A stretch of 64,000 bases of DNA from Ranitomeya imitator (taxonomy: Eukaryota): NCBI RefSeq assembly GCF_032444005.1, contig NC_091282.1, positions 1,016,924,001 through 1,016,988,000 on the forward strand, given 5' to 3'. Positions 23,465 to 36,229 of this stretch are shown one piece after another (positions within the stretch are counted from its first letter, which is position 1; the number at the start of each line of letters is the position of its first letter). The notes below the pieces were generated by a model. The model saw only the letters and a program-made list of their open reading frames with translations, searched no databases and was not told the origin of the DNA. Position numbers and translations under genes: made by a program.

Positions 23465-26400
23465 CTGTTGAGAAACAATAGAAGTTTTTCGGCTTGGTAA
23501 CGTGGTGGCCTCAGTCAAATGCTTTTCACCTGCTTAAGTATTTGGTCAGTATTTTACCACAGTATTTGGGAGCCAAAACCAGGAGTGGAGCAATCAGAGG
23601 AAGAGTATAATAGAAACATGTCACCACTTCTGTATTTATCACCCACTCCTGGTTTTGGCTTACAAATTCTGAGGTAAAAATACTGAACGTGTGAACATGG
23701 CCTTACAATCCAGAGACGGTCAGCCTCTGCTCCATGCAGGTACGGACTGGGGCTGAATTTCAGCCCTGGCATTTAAAATCACACAGGCGTATGCTGCCCC
23801 CATCCCCAAGCGCCAGATGGGATATTTTACTAATATCACCCTGGATGGAGAAAGCAAGATTTACTACAAGACCAATATTTCTAATGATTCCCGTGGCTGC
23901 TGGGGTAAGTGACGGAGTCACTGACTTTTTGCTCTGTCAAAACTTTTAACAGTATGAGCAACATAGCAGACAAAGCGGCTCATGACCAGACAGGCCCTTC
24001 TGGTATTTCCCAGAATTGCCAGATGGCCAGTCCTATACATTGCACACACTATTGCATCAGAACTTAATTCAGTTCTCTATCCCCTTTTTCCCTCTGTCCT
24101 CTCATGTTAGGGCCAATAACTTTTACTATGAAAATTTGGGAAACCTGCACGAAAAAATTTCCGTTAATATGGGAACAATTTCCCATGATTTCATTTTTAT
24201 TTAACCCTAAATTGCCTGACAGCTTAAAGAGTAGTCTGGTTAAGCTATGGTATTACTTTTTAACAGTACAATCTCGTTTTAACATAGCCTTGAATTATCA
24301 TTATCTAAAATTAGACACTATATGATATGTTTTGTCTGTATGGAAAATCAATATAAGCTACTTATGTTTTGCTACCATTCTGCACCCTCCCTTCTGCATA
24401 AACTTAACAGCCCCATCACACAGTATAGCCGGTATGTCCAGTACATGTGGTGACAGTTGTCACATGTACCGGTGACCCTGACACACGTAGACCCATTCAA
24501 ATAAATGGGTCTGTGCACATGTCAGTGTATTTCCACGAACAGTGTGACTGTGTGCCCACACGTAGACATGTCCGTTTTTTACCGTAGGCACGGGTGGCAA
24601 GACGTCCCACACACGTGCCCAAATTGATGTCTTCCGTGTGGCACGCATCGGCATCAGGGAAGAAGCGCTACAGTAAGCGCTGTTCCCCAGTGGCAGGTGC
24701 TGAAAACATCTCTCATCATTCTCCCTTACTCTGCCGGCGATCGGCGCGAGCAGAGGAGAATGATGATAGTTATATTAAAGTCAGAACGATGACAGAAGGT
24801 GGGGGCTTTTGGGACTCTTACTCCCATCATCCGACAGCAGTGACAGTAAGAGTGGATGATCGGGGTCTTCCTCACCTGCTGCCTGTGATACAACTAAAGA
24901 AATGAATGAAAAACCCGGTGTAGGTTCCCCCTATTTTCTTGAACCAACCAGGCAAAACTCACAGCTGGGGGCTGCAACCGTCAGCTGTCAACTTCAGCAA
25001 GGTTGGTTATCAAGAATATAGGGGTCCCCACCTAGTTTTTTTTAATTATTTCAATAAATAATAAACGGCATGGTGTCTCCCACATTTTTGACAACCAGCC
25101 TTGCTTAAGCTCACAGCTGGGGGCTGGAATTCTCAGGCTGGTAAGGGGCCATTGATATAGGCCCCCCAAACCTAAAAACAGCAGCCAAGATGCACCAATT
25201 CTGGCACTTTGCCCTGCTCTTCCCACTTGCCCTGTAGCGTTGGCAAGTGGGGTTCATATTTGTGGTGTTGATGTCATCTTTGTATTGTCTCTAAGACACC
25301 TCCATTACTAATCCTATAGTTAAATGTAAATAAAAACAGCCAAAATAAAGTCCTTTAATTAAAAAAATGACACAGACTCCTTTATTAATCTCAATTAAAC
25401 CATACTTACGACCTCGCCTAATTCCACCGAAGCCCTCGGTCTCCTGTAATAAAAGTAAAATAAAAAACAACAATATGCCATACCTGTCCATCATTCTGTC
25501 CGATGCTGTAATCCATGTCTGGGGGCTAAATAGTTTTCAACCTGGATGGTGCCAAGATGTGACCGTCCAGGCTGAGAACCACTGGTGAAAGAGCTGCTGC
25601 GAGCACAGCATCATTGACCAGCGGTGACATCATTGAGTCCAGACTGAACTGCGATGACCTCAGGACCATGGGAAAATGCCAGTAATAATGTCACCAGTGT
25701 TCAATGATGCTGCACTCGCACTAGGAGGCTGACATTAAGTGAATATAAAAAAATTAACTCCTCCTCCTCTGCAGTATACACCTACCACTGCCTCCAGCCG
25801 AACCAGTGCATACTTAGTGTCCATAGGAGGCACATGGGTCTGGTCTTCAGACCATAATTTTTTATTTTATTTTTTACTTTTTAATTTTTCAAGGATACAA
25901 GGGTGACGGATCCCTTCAGGGTTCTGATCTCCGCCAACCAACAACAGGCGGGAACATGGAGTGTCACCTCCGCGTACCCCCTACTGCATCGTTCATAGGC
26001 ATGCCTTAGCTCTATTATAGGGGCAACATGTCCCTTCAGGGCACCGCTCTCCCCGTCTCCATGTACCCCCTTCTGCAGCCAGGCTTTCTACTCCCGGACC
26101 AATAGCCCTGACCCATCCTGGGGTTGTTAACCCATAGGATGTACAGAGGCACTGATGGCGTCCGGGCGGCCCCCACTGCATCACTACTGATAGAACAGCA
26201 GTCATGGAAGGAGGTGGACGGTCCCTCTCCACATCCCTAACAAAGGATGGTGGATGGAGGGCTCCTGCACCGTCCACGTTGCAGCACCTGACCTGCAGGC
26301 AAAGCAGTCTGAGCTCTGCGCTTCTTCACAACGGGCCTCTGGATCACTGTGGGTAAGTGCTCGGGTTGGGCTCGGCAGCAGGGCTCCTGTAGCACGTGCG

Positions 26401-27086
26401 CTTTCCCCAGGGCGTTTTTTCTCCCCGGGTGCGTTCCAGTTTATGATAGGCAGTAACCCAGAAGCTCCTCCCACTCACTCAAGTCGTGCCGGAGGCTCCG
26501 CACACTCTTGGCGCTTCTCACTCAAAGTGAGACTGCCTTTCCTGCTCCCGGTGGCCATTTTTTCTTTCCGCCTCTCAGCACGTGTAGGTCAGGATTCTCC
26601 CCTGGCTGCAGGCTCACTCCTGCAATTCCCAGCAGACATCCTATCATCCAGCCATCTCTCTAGCACCAGGAGGACCGTCTCAAAGGGTCACAGGACCTGG
26701 GTAAGTGCTGTCCTGTGACACCCATTGGCCCTTCTCTGCAGTATTTCACTGGTGATTAGCCACCACTCTCCCTATTGGGGCATTTAACAGTCAGGACATA
26801 CTGGGGTACACCATGGCATTCTCTAAGACATCCAAGAGGGCTACCAAAACACAGTGTTTTTCACCTCATGTACCCCTTGCCAGACTTCGTTGCCACGGGG
26901 ACAGAGTACTCCACTCTGCAAGGCCTCTGATCCCGAATGCGCACAGGAGCCCTCCGCCGCTACCGAACCCAGTGTACCTAGTCCTCCTAGTGGGCTTCGT
27001 CACTTTCGCAGTCCATGGCTTCACTAGCTAAAGCAATTGAGTCCCTCCAAGACTCCTTGAGTCAGAGCATTCGTCTGCCTGTCTTA

Positions 27087-27563
27087 GGCCGGAGTCACAC
27101 TACAGCGTAATACGGCCGAGTGCAATGCGATAAAAAATCGCATAGCACTCCGCCCAATGTTAATCTATGGAGCAGCTCCTATTACCCGTTTTTTTTCTCG
27201 GCAGCAGTCAGGATCCGAGTGAAATCGCAGCATGCTGCGATTGGCAGCGTATCTCGGCCGAGACTCGCCAATGCAAGTCTATGCGAGAAAAACTCGCACA
27301 CCACACGGACCATCAGTGGGACATCCGTATGCAATGCGATTTTAACATGAGCTTTTACATAGAGAACTGCTGTATGTAAAAGCTCATGTTAAAATCGCAT
27401 TGCATACTGATGCCATACGGATGTCACACTGTTGCTAGATGCGAAGAAATCACATCCTCGCATTGCACACAGATGACATAAGGATCACTGTTCGGGAACA
27501 TTTGTGCGATTTTCGGCCGTCACAATCGGACCGATTTTTTTATACGGTAAGTGTGACGCCGCC
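27087..27563. mobile_element. PIF/Harbinger MITE inserted in DIRS gag
   Basis: TTA TSD, TIR GGCCGGAGTCACAC/GTGTGACGCCGCC, internal palindrome. Confidence 0.8.
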
Positions 27564-27639
27564 TTAGAGGGTTCGTCCACCACATGGGAACCGTCGGCCT
27601 GCAGGGGCCATTCTCAGTCAAACGATATACAGGCATCTA

Positions 27640-27866
27640 GAAAAATTTTATTATTATTATACATTTTTATAGCGCCATTTATTCCATGGCGCTTTACATG
27701 TGAATACGGGGCAAATATAGACAAGTACATAAGGAGGGAGGACCCTGCCTGCGAGGGCTCACAGTCTGCAGGGGGTGGGTGAGGATACACTAGGAGAGGG
27801 AAGAGCTGGCTGTGCGGCTGTTCAGTAGGTTGAGGATCACTGCAGGCTGTAGGCTTGTCGGAAGAA
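27640..27866 (-). mobile_element. L2/CR1-type LINE 3' end inserted in DIRS
   Basis: Reverse strand ends TGTAAAGCGCCATGGAATAAATGGCGCTATAAAAATGTA(TAA)n, an L2-like tail. Confidence 0.6.
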
Positions 27867-28026
27867 AATGGACCCATAGCATGTCCCCCGGGCCCTCTTG
27901 CGCCTCGGCATCCAAGAGCTCCGTTTCTCTCTCTCCCTCACCAAGGGTTTGCAGCGACCAGTACACTGAGTAGAGTCTGACAGGCCCCTCGACCTTGACT
28001 CGCTAGATGATAATTATCAGGCGACG

Positions 28027-28785
28027 GTGGATAGTCTCATACAGGCCGTCAACCAGACTTTGAAAGTTGATGAGGACTCTACCTCCACCCCGGATCACAC
28101 GGTGTCCTTCAAAATGAACAAACATCCTCATAGGGTATTTGTCAATTACCGCGAGTTTCAGGACATAGTTCGGCGGCATAAAGAGCGGCCGGACAAACGC
28201 TTCTCAGGTCAGAAGCCTCTTAAAGCGAGATACCCTTTCTCATCTGATCTGTGTAAGCAATGGGCAGAATCCCCTCCGGTTGATTCACCTGTATCTCATC
28301 TGGCCTACAAAACGCTCCTATCTTTACCAGACGGATCCTTGATTAAAGATCCCACGGACCATCTGATAGAAAACCTTGCCCGTTTGGTTTTTGAAGCCTC
28401 GGGCTCAGCACTCTCTCCCTCTTTTGCCGCAAAATGGGTAGCCAAAGCAATGGTCTCCTGGGCAGATACTCTGAGCAGGACCATACAGGGTAGTGATCTT
28501 CTCCCGAAGGCAGCGGATCTGGCCAATCAGATCTCTTTGGCCGGGGACTATTTGGTACAAGCTTCTCTGGACGAGGCTAACTGCGCTGCGCTTGCGGCCT
28601 CAAACGCTGTCTCTATTAGGCAGTCACTGTGGCTCAGGGAATGGCAAGCGGACTCTGCGTACAAAAAGTCCCTAACCTCTCTGTCTTACCAGAGCGGTCA
28701 TTTGTTCGGAGAGAAGCTGGATCAGCTTATCTCTGACGCCACAGGAGGGAAGAGTAAATTCTTCCCCCAGCAGAAAGTTAAGTGA
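28027..28785 (+). pseudogene. DIRS1 gag (ORF1) C-terminal part, 252 aa
   Basis: YPF...W..PP.VD.PV..L and R..LWLREWQAD...KKSL..L...G.LFGEKLD.LI..ATGGKS motifs typical of vertebrate DIRS gag. Confidence 0.85.
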
Positions 28786-28994
28786 CCCTTTCGCTGCCCG
28801 CAACAATCACGTTTCTGGTCCTTTTGCAGCAATCCCGGTTGGTCGACTACAGCCAGCTCTTCTTGATCGGGGCGCTCCCCTCATGGGGACAGAGATCCCC
28901 AGGTTTCATATAAGACCAACCAGTCGTGGAAGAGTCAACCTAAGCAGTCCAGAGCTAAGGGATCCAAATCCCATAGATTCTCTTTCTAAATGAC

Positions 28995-29948
28995 TTGTGG
29001 CATTGTCCGGTTGACACCAGCAGAGTAGGCGGTCGTCTACACCGGTTTCGTCATGGAGGTCCTGGGCAAGATGATAGCAGTGATGGAAGCTGTTCCCTTC
29101 ACCCTGCTACACCTCCGTCCTCTGCAGCATGCACTTCTGGCAGCCTGATTTGTCCCTGCGGGTCAAGCAGGGACTCAGGTGGTCCTCTCTCATCCAGGGG
29201 AAATCCTTTCTCCCGGTTCATTGGCTGGTGGTCACTACCGACGCCAGCCTCCTCGGCTGGGGAGCTGTCTTCCGTCACCACACTGCCCAGGGGGGTTGGT
29301 CACATCGGAAATCGTGCCTTCCAATCAACGTCATGGAGATTCGGGCGACCTGGTTGTCCCTGCGGCAGTTCCATCATCTCCTGGCGGGTCACCCCATCCG
29401 AGTTCAATTGGACAATGCCACAGCTGTGACATATGTCAACTATCAAGGGGACACCCGCAGCAGGGCGGCAATGCACGAGGCGGAACACATCCTCCGCTGG
29501 GCCGAAAGAAACCACTCAGTCATGTCGGCAGTTCACATCCTGGGTATAGAAAACTAGATGGCAGACGTCCCCAGCCGTCAAGGTCTCGCCTCGGGAGAGT
29601 GGTCACTTCATCCGGAGGTCTTCTAATAGATTTGTCCTCACTGGGGGACTCCGGATGTGGATCTCATGGCCTCAAGATTAAATGCCAAGGTGTCAGAGTT
29701 CATGGCTCGGTCCCGGGATCCAGAAGCCATCGGGGCAGATGCACTGGTTCTTCTGTGGCACCAGTTTAATCCGTACTTGTTTCCCCCACTTCCGTTAGTC
29801 CTGAGGGTCATCAGGAAGATCAAGGCGGAGGGGTTCCCAGTGATCTTGGTCGCTCCGGACTGGCCATGCCGGGCGTGGTACGCTGAGTTGGTGCAACTTG
29901 TCACCATCCCCTGGCGACTACCAGATCTTCCGGACTTACTCTCCCAGG
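28995..29948 (+). pseudogene. DIRS1 pol remnant: RT core deleted, RNase H and MT domains degraded
   Basis: VGGRLHRF jumps directly to MEVLGKMIAVMEAVPF, with no YLDD. Stops occur at 29555 and elsewhere. Confidence 0.82.
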
Positions 29949-30739
29949 TGTTATGACTTGGTGGTTAGGAGCACCCGAAATGACCTGATGGTTAAACCGA
30001 TACAGGACAAGCTCTGGGAAGTGGGAACTCTGCTGACCGCAATCCCTAATCCTATCACACACACTAGAAATAGCCGTGGAGCGTACCTAACATGGCCTAG
30101 ACGCCTCGACACAGCCTAAGAACTAGCTAGCCCTAGAGACAGAAAATAAAGCCTACCTTGCCTCAGAGAAATTTCCACAAAGGAAAAGGCAGCCCCCCAC
30201 AAATATTAACTGTGAGTAAAGATGAAAGTCACAAACACAGAAATGAAACAGGTTTTAGCAAAGGGAGGCCAGACTAACTAAATAGACAGAGGATAGGAAA
30301 GGTATCTTTGCGGTCAGCACAAAAAACTACAAAAGACCACGCAGAGTGTGCAAAAAGACCCCCGCACCGACTCACGGTGCGGAGGTGCCACTCTGCATCC
30401 CAGAGCTTCCAGCTAGCAAGACAAAATCATGAAAGCAAGCTGGACAAGGAAACAACAGAAAATAACAATCGGGGACTTAGCTTCTTGCAGGAAGAGACAG
30501 GTCACCAGAAAGATCCAAGAGCGAACTGAACCAGTACAGGAACATTGACAGCTGGAATGGAGTAACGATCTGAGTGGAGTTAAATAGAGAAGCCAGCCTA
30601 AGAATAACCTAGGTCACCTGTGGAAGGAACCTCAGAACCAGCAACTCCACTCACAGCCACCAGAGGGAGTCCATGGACAGAACTCGCCGAAGTACCATTC
30701 ATGACCACAGGAGGGAGTTCGATAACAGAATTCACAACA
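29949..30739 (-). mobile_element. Solo LTR (Gypsy, related to the LTR at 62087) inserted in the DIRS element
   Basis: TG...CA ends with duplicated CCCAGG flanks. Removing it restores DIRS LLSQGPICH. The reverse complement begins TGTTGTGAATTCTGT, like 62087. Confidence 0.9.
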
Positions 30740-30847
30740 CCCAGGGCCCGATTTGCCACCAGATCTCAGGGGCCTTGTTTAGCGACATGGCTGTTGAATC
30801 CCGGGTCCAAATTCAAGCTGGATTCTCCAAAGAGGTAGTTTTCCACC

Positions 30848-31695
30848 ATGATTAGCGCTCGGAAGCCTGTCTCGGTGCGCATCTATCACCGCACCTGGAA
30901 AACTTTTTTCGCATGGTGCAGAGACCGCGGTCATCCTCCTCTTGTCTTCTCCATCCCCACCATATTGGAATTTCTTCATTCCTTTCTAGACTCAGGTCTA
31001 GAGCTTAGCTCCCTCAAAGGCCAGATTTCTTCTTTATCTGTTTTGTTCCAGCGCAGGATCGCTTCCAAGTCGCAGGTGAGGACTTTCACTCAGGAGGTCT
31101 CCCACGTGGAACCTTCCTATAGAATGCCTTTGGATGCCTGGGACCTTAACTTGGTCCTAGGTGTTCTACAGGAGACTCCTTTCGAACCACTGTGGGACAT
31201 TTCGCCAAACCACCTTTCATGGAAGGTCGTCTTCCTTGTCGCGGTGACGTCAATTAGGCAGGTTTTGGAGCTGGCTGCCCTGTCCTGTCGAGCTCATTTT
31301 CTAATTTTCCAGCAGGACAAAATGGTTCTCAGGCCATCCCCGTCCTTCTTGCACCTTAATGAGGACATTGCCCTCGTTTTGCCCGGCACCGGTACACCGG
31401 GTTGAAAGGGCTCTTCACACTCTGAATCTAGTGAGAGCTCTAGGTACGTCTCACGGACCGTGCTTTTCCATCAGACGGATGCGTTGTTCGTGCTTCCTGA
31501 GGGTCACAGGAAGGGACTAGCCGTCTACAAAAGCCAGGTGAATATGGTCGGTTATTCAAGAGTCTTTCCGTGTCAGGGACAAGGCTATCCCAGTGGGAAT
31601 TAAGGCATACTCCACTCGGTCGATGGGTGCTTCTTGGGCCATTCGGCACCAGGCGACGGTGGAACAGGTTTGCAAGGCTGCGACTTGGTCCAGTC
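30848..31695 (+). pseudogene. DIRS1 tyrosine recombinase, frameshifted and 3'-truncated
   Basis: ARKPVS.RIYHRTWKTF...LKGQISSLS...R..ELAALS...; a later frame reads KAYSTRSMGASWA (HSTR box). The segment with the catalytic Tyr is missing. Confidence 0.85.
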
Positions 31696-32340
31696 TGTCC
31701 CCCAATGATGCGAAGGAGAAACAGGGTTTTTGTGTAAACGTAAAATCCTTTTCTCCTAGCCACTCATTGGGGACACAGTACCCACCCTGTTGGCCTGATG
31801 GCTATGTTTGTTCTTTTGCTTTGACATGTGTACCCATATTTGATGGTTTTGATCTCCTACTGCTTTGTCACTGTCACTGAGGAGTTAATTTTTTTATATT
31901 CACTTAGTGTCAGCCTCCTAGTGGCAGCAGCATACACCCATGGTCCTGTGTCCCCCAATGAGGTGAAGGAGAAAATCTACTTTTTAGGCAAGTCAACCAC
32001 ATTCACCAGTCAACCACTTTCTTTTTCCTTTCCCCCTTCTACATCATTCTTTAGAACATGCTACCCCCTCGGCACTATTTCCTTCACCCTTTACATGTTA
32101 TTGCACTTTCTATTAATACATACGCAGATACTGACTTGATGAGAGGTTCATCCACCTTGACAATATCTCATTTTGTTTGTAAATGATCCCTCTTAAAAGT
32201 ACATTGCTGTGGAGTATGCTGGCGCTATATAAGTAATAAATATTATAGCTGTACAATACATGTGCGTTACAAACACTTAACATCTGTCAAAAATGAATGT
32301 TAAAGAAGCTCTTCTCCCATCAAAGTTTATATCTTCTTGA

Positions 32341-32961
32341 AGGGAAGCTGTCACCCCCAAAATGGAAGATGAGCTAAGTCCACCGGCATCAGGGGCTTAT
32401 CTACAGCATTCTGTAATGCTGTAGATAAGCCCCTGATGTATCCTGAAAGATGAGAAAAATAGGTTAGATTATACTCACCTGGGCGGGCGATCCGATCCGA
32501 TGGGCGTCGCGGTCCGGTCCGGGGCCTCCCATCCTCATAGGATGACATCCTCTTCTTGTCCTCACGCTGCTGCTCCGGCGCAGGCGTACTTTGTCTACCC
32601 TGTTGAGGGCAGAGCAAAGTACTGCAGTGCGCAGGCGCCGAGCCTCTCTGACCTTTCCCGATGCCTGTGCACTGCAGTACTTTGCTCTGCCCTCAACAGG
32701 GCAGACAAAGTACGCCTGCGCCGGAGCGTGAAGACAAGAAGAAGACGTCATCGTAAGAAGATGGGAGGCCCCGGACCGGACCGCGACGCCCATCGGACCG
32801 GACCGCAGCGTGACCGCCCCTGGATGAGTATAATCTAACCTCTTTTTCTCATCTTTCAGGATACATCGTGGGCTTATCTACAGCATTACAGAATGCTGTA
32901 GATAAGCCCCTGATGCCGGTGGGCTTAGCTCATCTTCCATTTTGGGGGTGACAGGTTCCCT
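32341..32961. mobile_element. Kolobok/T2 fold-back MITE
   Basis: TTGA|AGGGAAGCTGTCACCCCCAAAATGG...CCATTTTGGGGGTGACAGGTTCCCT|TTAA. Almost the whole element is palindromic. Confidence 0.85.
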
Positions 32962-33489
32962 TTAATATATTGCAGTCATCATATCATACAGCACTGTATA
33001 CTTACAATTGCTCATTTTGCCTGTCCACCCAGCTAATTCTTCTCTTTTATCTGCTCTATGTAGAAAAAGAATGTCTCTTGCCTCTGCATTTAACATTACC
33101 CTCTTCATCTCCTGACCCTGCTGCTCCACCCCTGCTCCCTGCCAGGGACTTTTGCAGTGATTTTTGACTCATACAGGAAAAAATTACCTTCTCTTTCTAT
33201 ATACAACTAAAAAAGATTTAGCTAGTCTGTTTTTAATCACATAATGTCATAGACCTAATGGAAAAAAGAAGTATTAACTGGGTAGAAGGGCAAAATGATC
33301 AATTGTAAGTACACAGTTCTACATAATATGATGATTGCAATATATTAAGGGGATAAAATTTTGATGGGAGAAGTGCTTCTTTAAAAACAACAAGGCTGTT
33401 AGGACACATACACAGATACACATACACAGATACAAACCTTCATGTCAGTTTTTGGTGCAGTTTTTTTGAACCAGCAGAGACACATTTAC

Positions 33490-33590
33490 CTCATCATCAG
33501 AAGACGGATTTACTATTTCTCCACCATCTTCATCTTCTTGACTGAATTCCTCATCTTCCTCCTCATTTTCTGTCTTCTCAACGTCATCAC
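33490..33590 (-). CDS. CLGN: Calmegin acidic cytosolic-tail exon (GDDVEKTENEEEDEEFSQEDEDGGEIVNPSSDDE)
   Basis: 101 nt with AG/GT boundaries; phases 1 and 0 fit the flanking exons. Confidence 0.9.
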
Positions 33591-35933
33591 CTAGATACAT
33601 CAAAATAGTAATTTATCATAAAAGAAAATACGTACAACCCAAATAACTAAGTTTGAACAGTTGTATCAGAAGATGCGACAATAACAATGTCTAACAACAG
33701 ATATATAACGAAAAATAGTATATCTGTGTAATAATGTAACTTAAATGAGAACAGTCATCTTGTTATATGTTAACCCTTTAAGCAGATTGTGTGGAGTGTA
33801 GCTTGAACTTCACACACCTCCTAAATATGTCAACATTAATGTATGATCAGGTGACAGAAATGGTCTCGAACAAGAAGCACCACACAAAAGAATATCTTTG
33901 ATGCATTTTTAAAGTAGAAACTTATTCAAATTTTATAACATGTATATAACTGGAAAAGCTGAAAGGGGGAGACCAGGAAGAATAAAGGTCAACTGTCATT
34001 AGGTTTATGCTGCATGAACCATGTTTAAGGGCTCATACTCATCAGCGAGGAAAACGGATGAGTGCAATCCAATAAAAAAAAAAAATCGGATTGCACTCTG
34101 ACCAATGTTAACCTATGAGCCCCTGTTCATCTGCGATTTTTTTTTTTCTCAGCTCAGATTGGGATGAGAAAAAAATTTGCAGCATGTTGCGATTGTCCTA
34201 GTATCTCGGATGAGATTTGCCAATGCACGTGAATGGCTGTGATAAAAAAAAAACGCATGGCACTTGGACCATGTGAGTGCGGTCTGATTTTTATGCACCC
34301 ATGAACCAGCAGAGAGAAAGCGGATAGCTGGGGGCAAAAGTTTATAGCCTGGAAAGGAGGTAATACCCATGGAGCTTCCCAGGCTACTAAAATCAGCTCA
34401 CAGCTGTATACTTACCCTTTCCTGGTTACTAAAATGGAGGACTGCCCAAATAAATGACATAGGGTCCCCCTATAATTAATAACCAGCAAAGGCTAGGAGG
34501 CAGACAGCTGCAGGCTGATATTGATATTGTCCCCATCCCAGACTAAAAACAACAGCTCTACATAAGATGACACTTAGCCTTGCTCTTTCAACTTGCCCTG
34601 GTCGCTTGCCGCAACACTTCAGGCTCTGCTACATCTAGATGGCATACTGCATTGTGGCATGATGTGACTATACAGCCTGCCATCCAGCAGAGACACTGAG
34701 CTGCGCTTGCTTGCTCAGAACCTTGCAGTGAGCTCCCTTCATCTTACTGACATCACCGCGAGTGTGAGAAAGTTCACACGCTCGGGGTGCCGTCAGAAAG
34801 GTCCTGGGAGTTTAGAGCCAATGAACTCTGTTAACCCCTTTCTGCCATTAGACAGAGGGAGGTGGCTTACCAAGTGCCTGCTCAGAGCAGGCACTTGGTA
34901 ACGCTGCACTGCTCTCAGACAGATCGGTGACCTGTCAGAGTGCTGTGCAAACTGGCAGATCACCGATCTGTATTGTCCCCCCCCCCGGGACAAAGTAAAA
35001 AAGTTTAAAAAAAATTTTACAAGTGTGTTAAAAAAAAAAAAAATCCTAAATAATGAAAAAAAAATATATATATATTATTCCCATAAATACATTTCTTTAT
35101 CTAAATAAAAAAAAAAAAACAATAAAAGTACACATATTTAGTATCGCCGCGTCCGTAACGACCCGACCTATAAAACTGGCCCACTAGTTAACCCCTTCAG
35201 TAAACACCGTAAGAAAAAAAAAAGAGAGACAAAAAACAATGCTTTATTATCATACCGCCGAACAAAAAGTGGAATAACACGCGATCAAAAAGACAGATAT
35301 AAATAACCATGGTACCGCTGAAAGCGTCATCTTGTCCCGCAAAAACGAGCCGCCATACAGCAACATCAGCAAAAAAATAAAAAAGTTATAGTCCTCAGAA
35401 TAAAGCGATGCAAAAATAATTATTTTTTCTATAAAATAGTTTTTATCGTATAAAAGCGCCAAAACATTAAAAAAATGATAAAAATGAGGTGTCGCTGTAA
35501 ACGTACTGACCCGAAGAATAAAACTGCTTTATCAATTTTACGAAACGCGGAACGGTATAAACGCCTCCCCCAAAAGAAATTCATGAATAGCTGGTTTTTG
35601 GTAATTCTGCCTCACAAAAATCGGAATAAAAAGCGATCAAAAAATGTCACGTGCCCGAAAATGTTACCAATAAAAACGTCAACTCGTCCCGCAAAAAACA
35701 AGACCTCACATGATTCTGTGGACCAAAATATGGAAAAATTATAGCTCTCAAAATGTGGTAACGCAAAAAATATTTTTTGCAATAAAAAGCGTCTTTCAGT
35801 GTGTGACGGCTGCCAATAATAAAAATCCGCTAAAAAACCCGCTATAAAAGTAACTCAAACCCCCCTTCATCACCCCCTTAGTTAGGGAAAAATAAAAAAA
35901 AATTTAAAAAATGTATTTATTTCCATTTTCCCA

Positions 35934-36210
35934 TTAGGGTTAGGGCTAGGGTTAGGGTTAGGGCTAGGGTTAGGGCTAGGGTTAGGGCTAGGGTTAGGGC
36001 TACGGTTAAGGCTAGGGTTAGGGCTAGGGTTAAGGCTACAGTTAGGGTTAAGGCTACAGTTAGGGCTGGGGCTAAAGTTAGGGTTAGGGTTTGGATTACA
36101 TTTGCGGTTGGGAATAGGGTTGGGATTAGGGTTAGGGGTGTGTCTGGGTTAGAGGTGTGGTTAGGGTTACCGTTGGAATTAGGGTTAGGGGTGTGTTTGG
36201 ATTAGGGTTT
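35934..36210 (+). repeat. Interstitial telomere-like array (TTAGGG/CTAGGG and variants)
   Basis: About 25 near-perfect hexamers to about 36090, decaying beyond. Confidence 0.92.
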
Positions 36211-36229
36211 CAGTTATAATTTGGGGGTT

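Larger units (their letters stand above)
25719..31975 (+). mobile_element. DIRS1-type tyrosine-recombinase retrotransposon, defective
   Basis: Inverted terminal repeats (25719-25763 vs 31879-31923), gag, an RNase H remnant (TTDASLLGWGAV), a methyltransferase-like domain (YLFPP), a YR ORF, and an internal complementary region at 31696-31778. Confidence 0.92.

Noticed and set aside
32464-32838. Similar ORFs on both strands (MGVAVRSGASH...)
   Set aside because: This results from the palindromic Kolobok MITE and is not a gene pair.
35934-36210. Relic chromosome-end fusion
   Set aside because: The array has a single orientation with no head-to-head TTAGGG/CCCTAA junction, and it lies inside a TTAA-flanked element.
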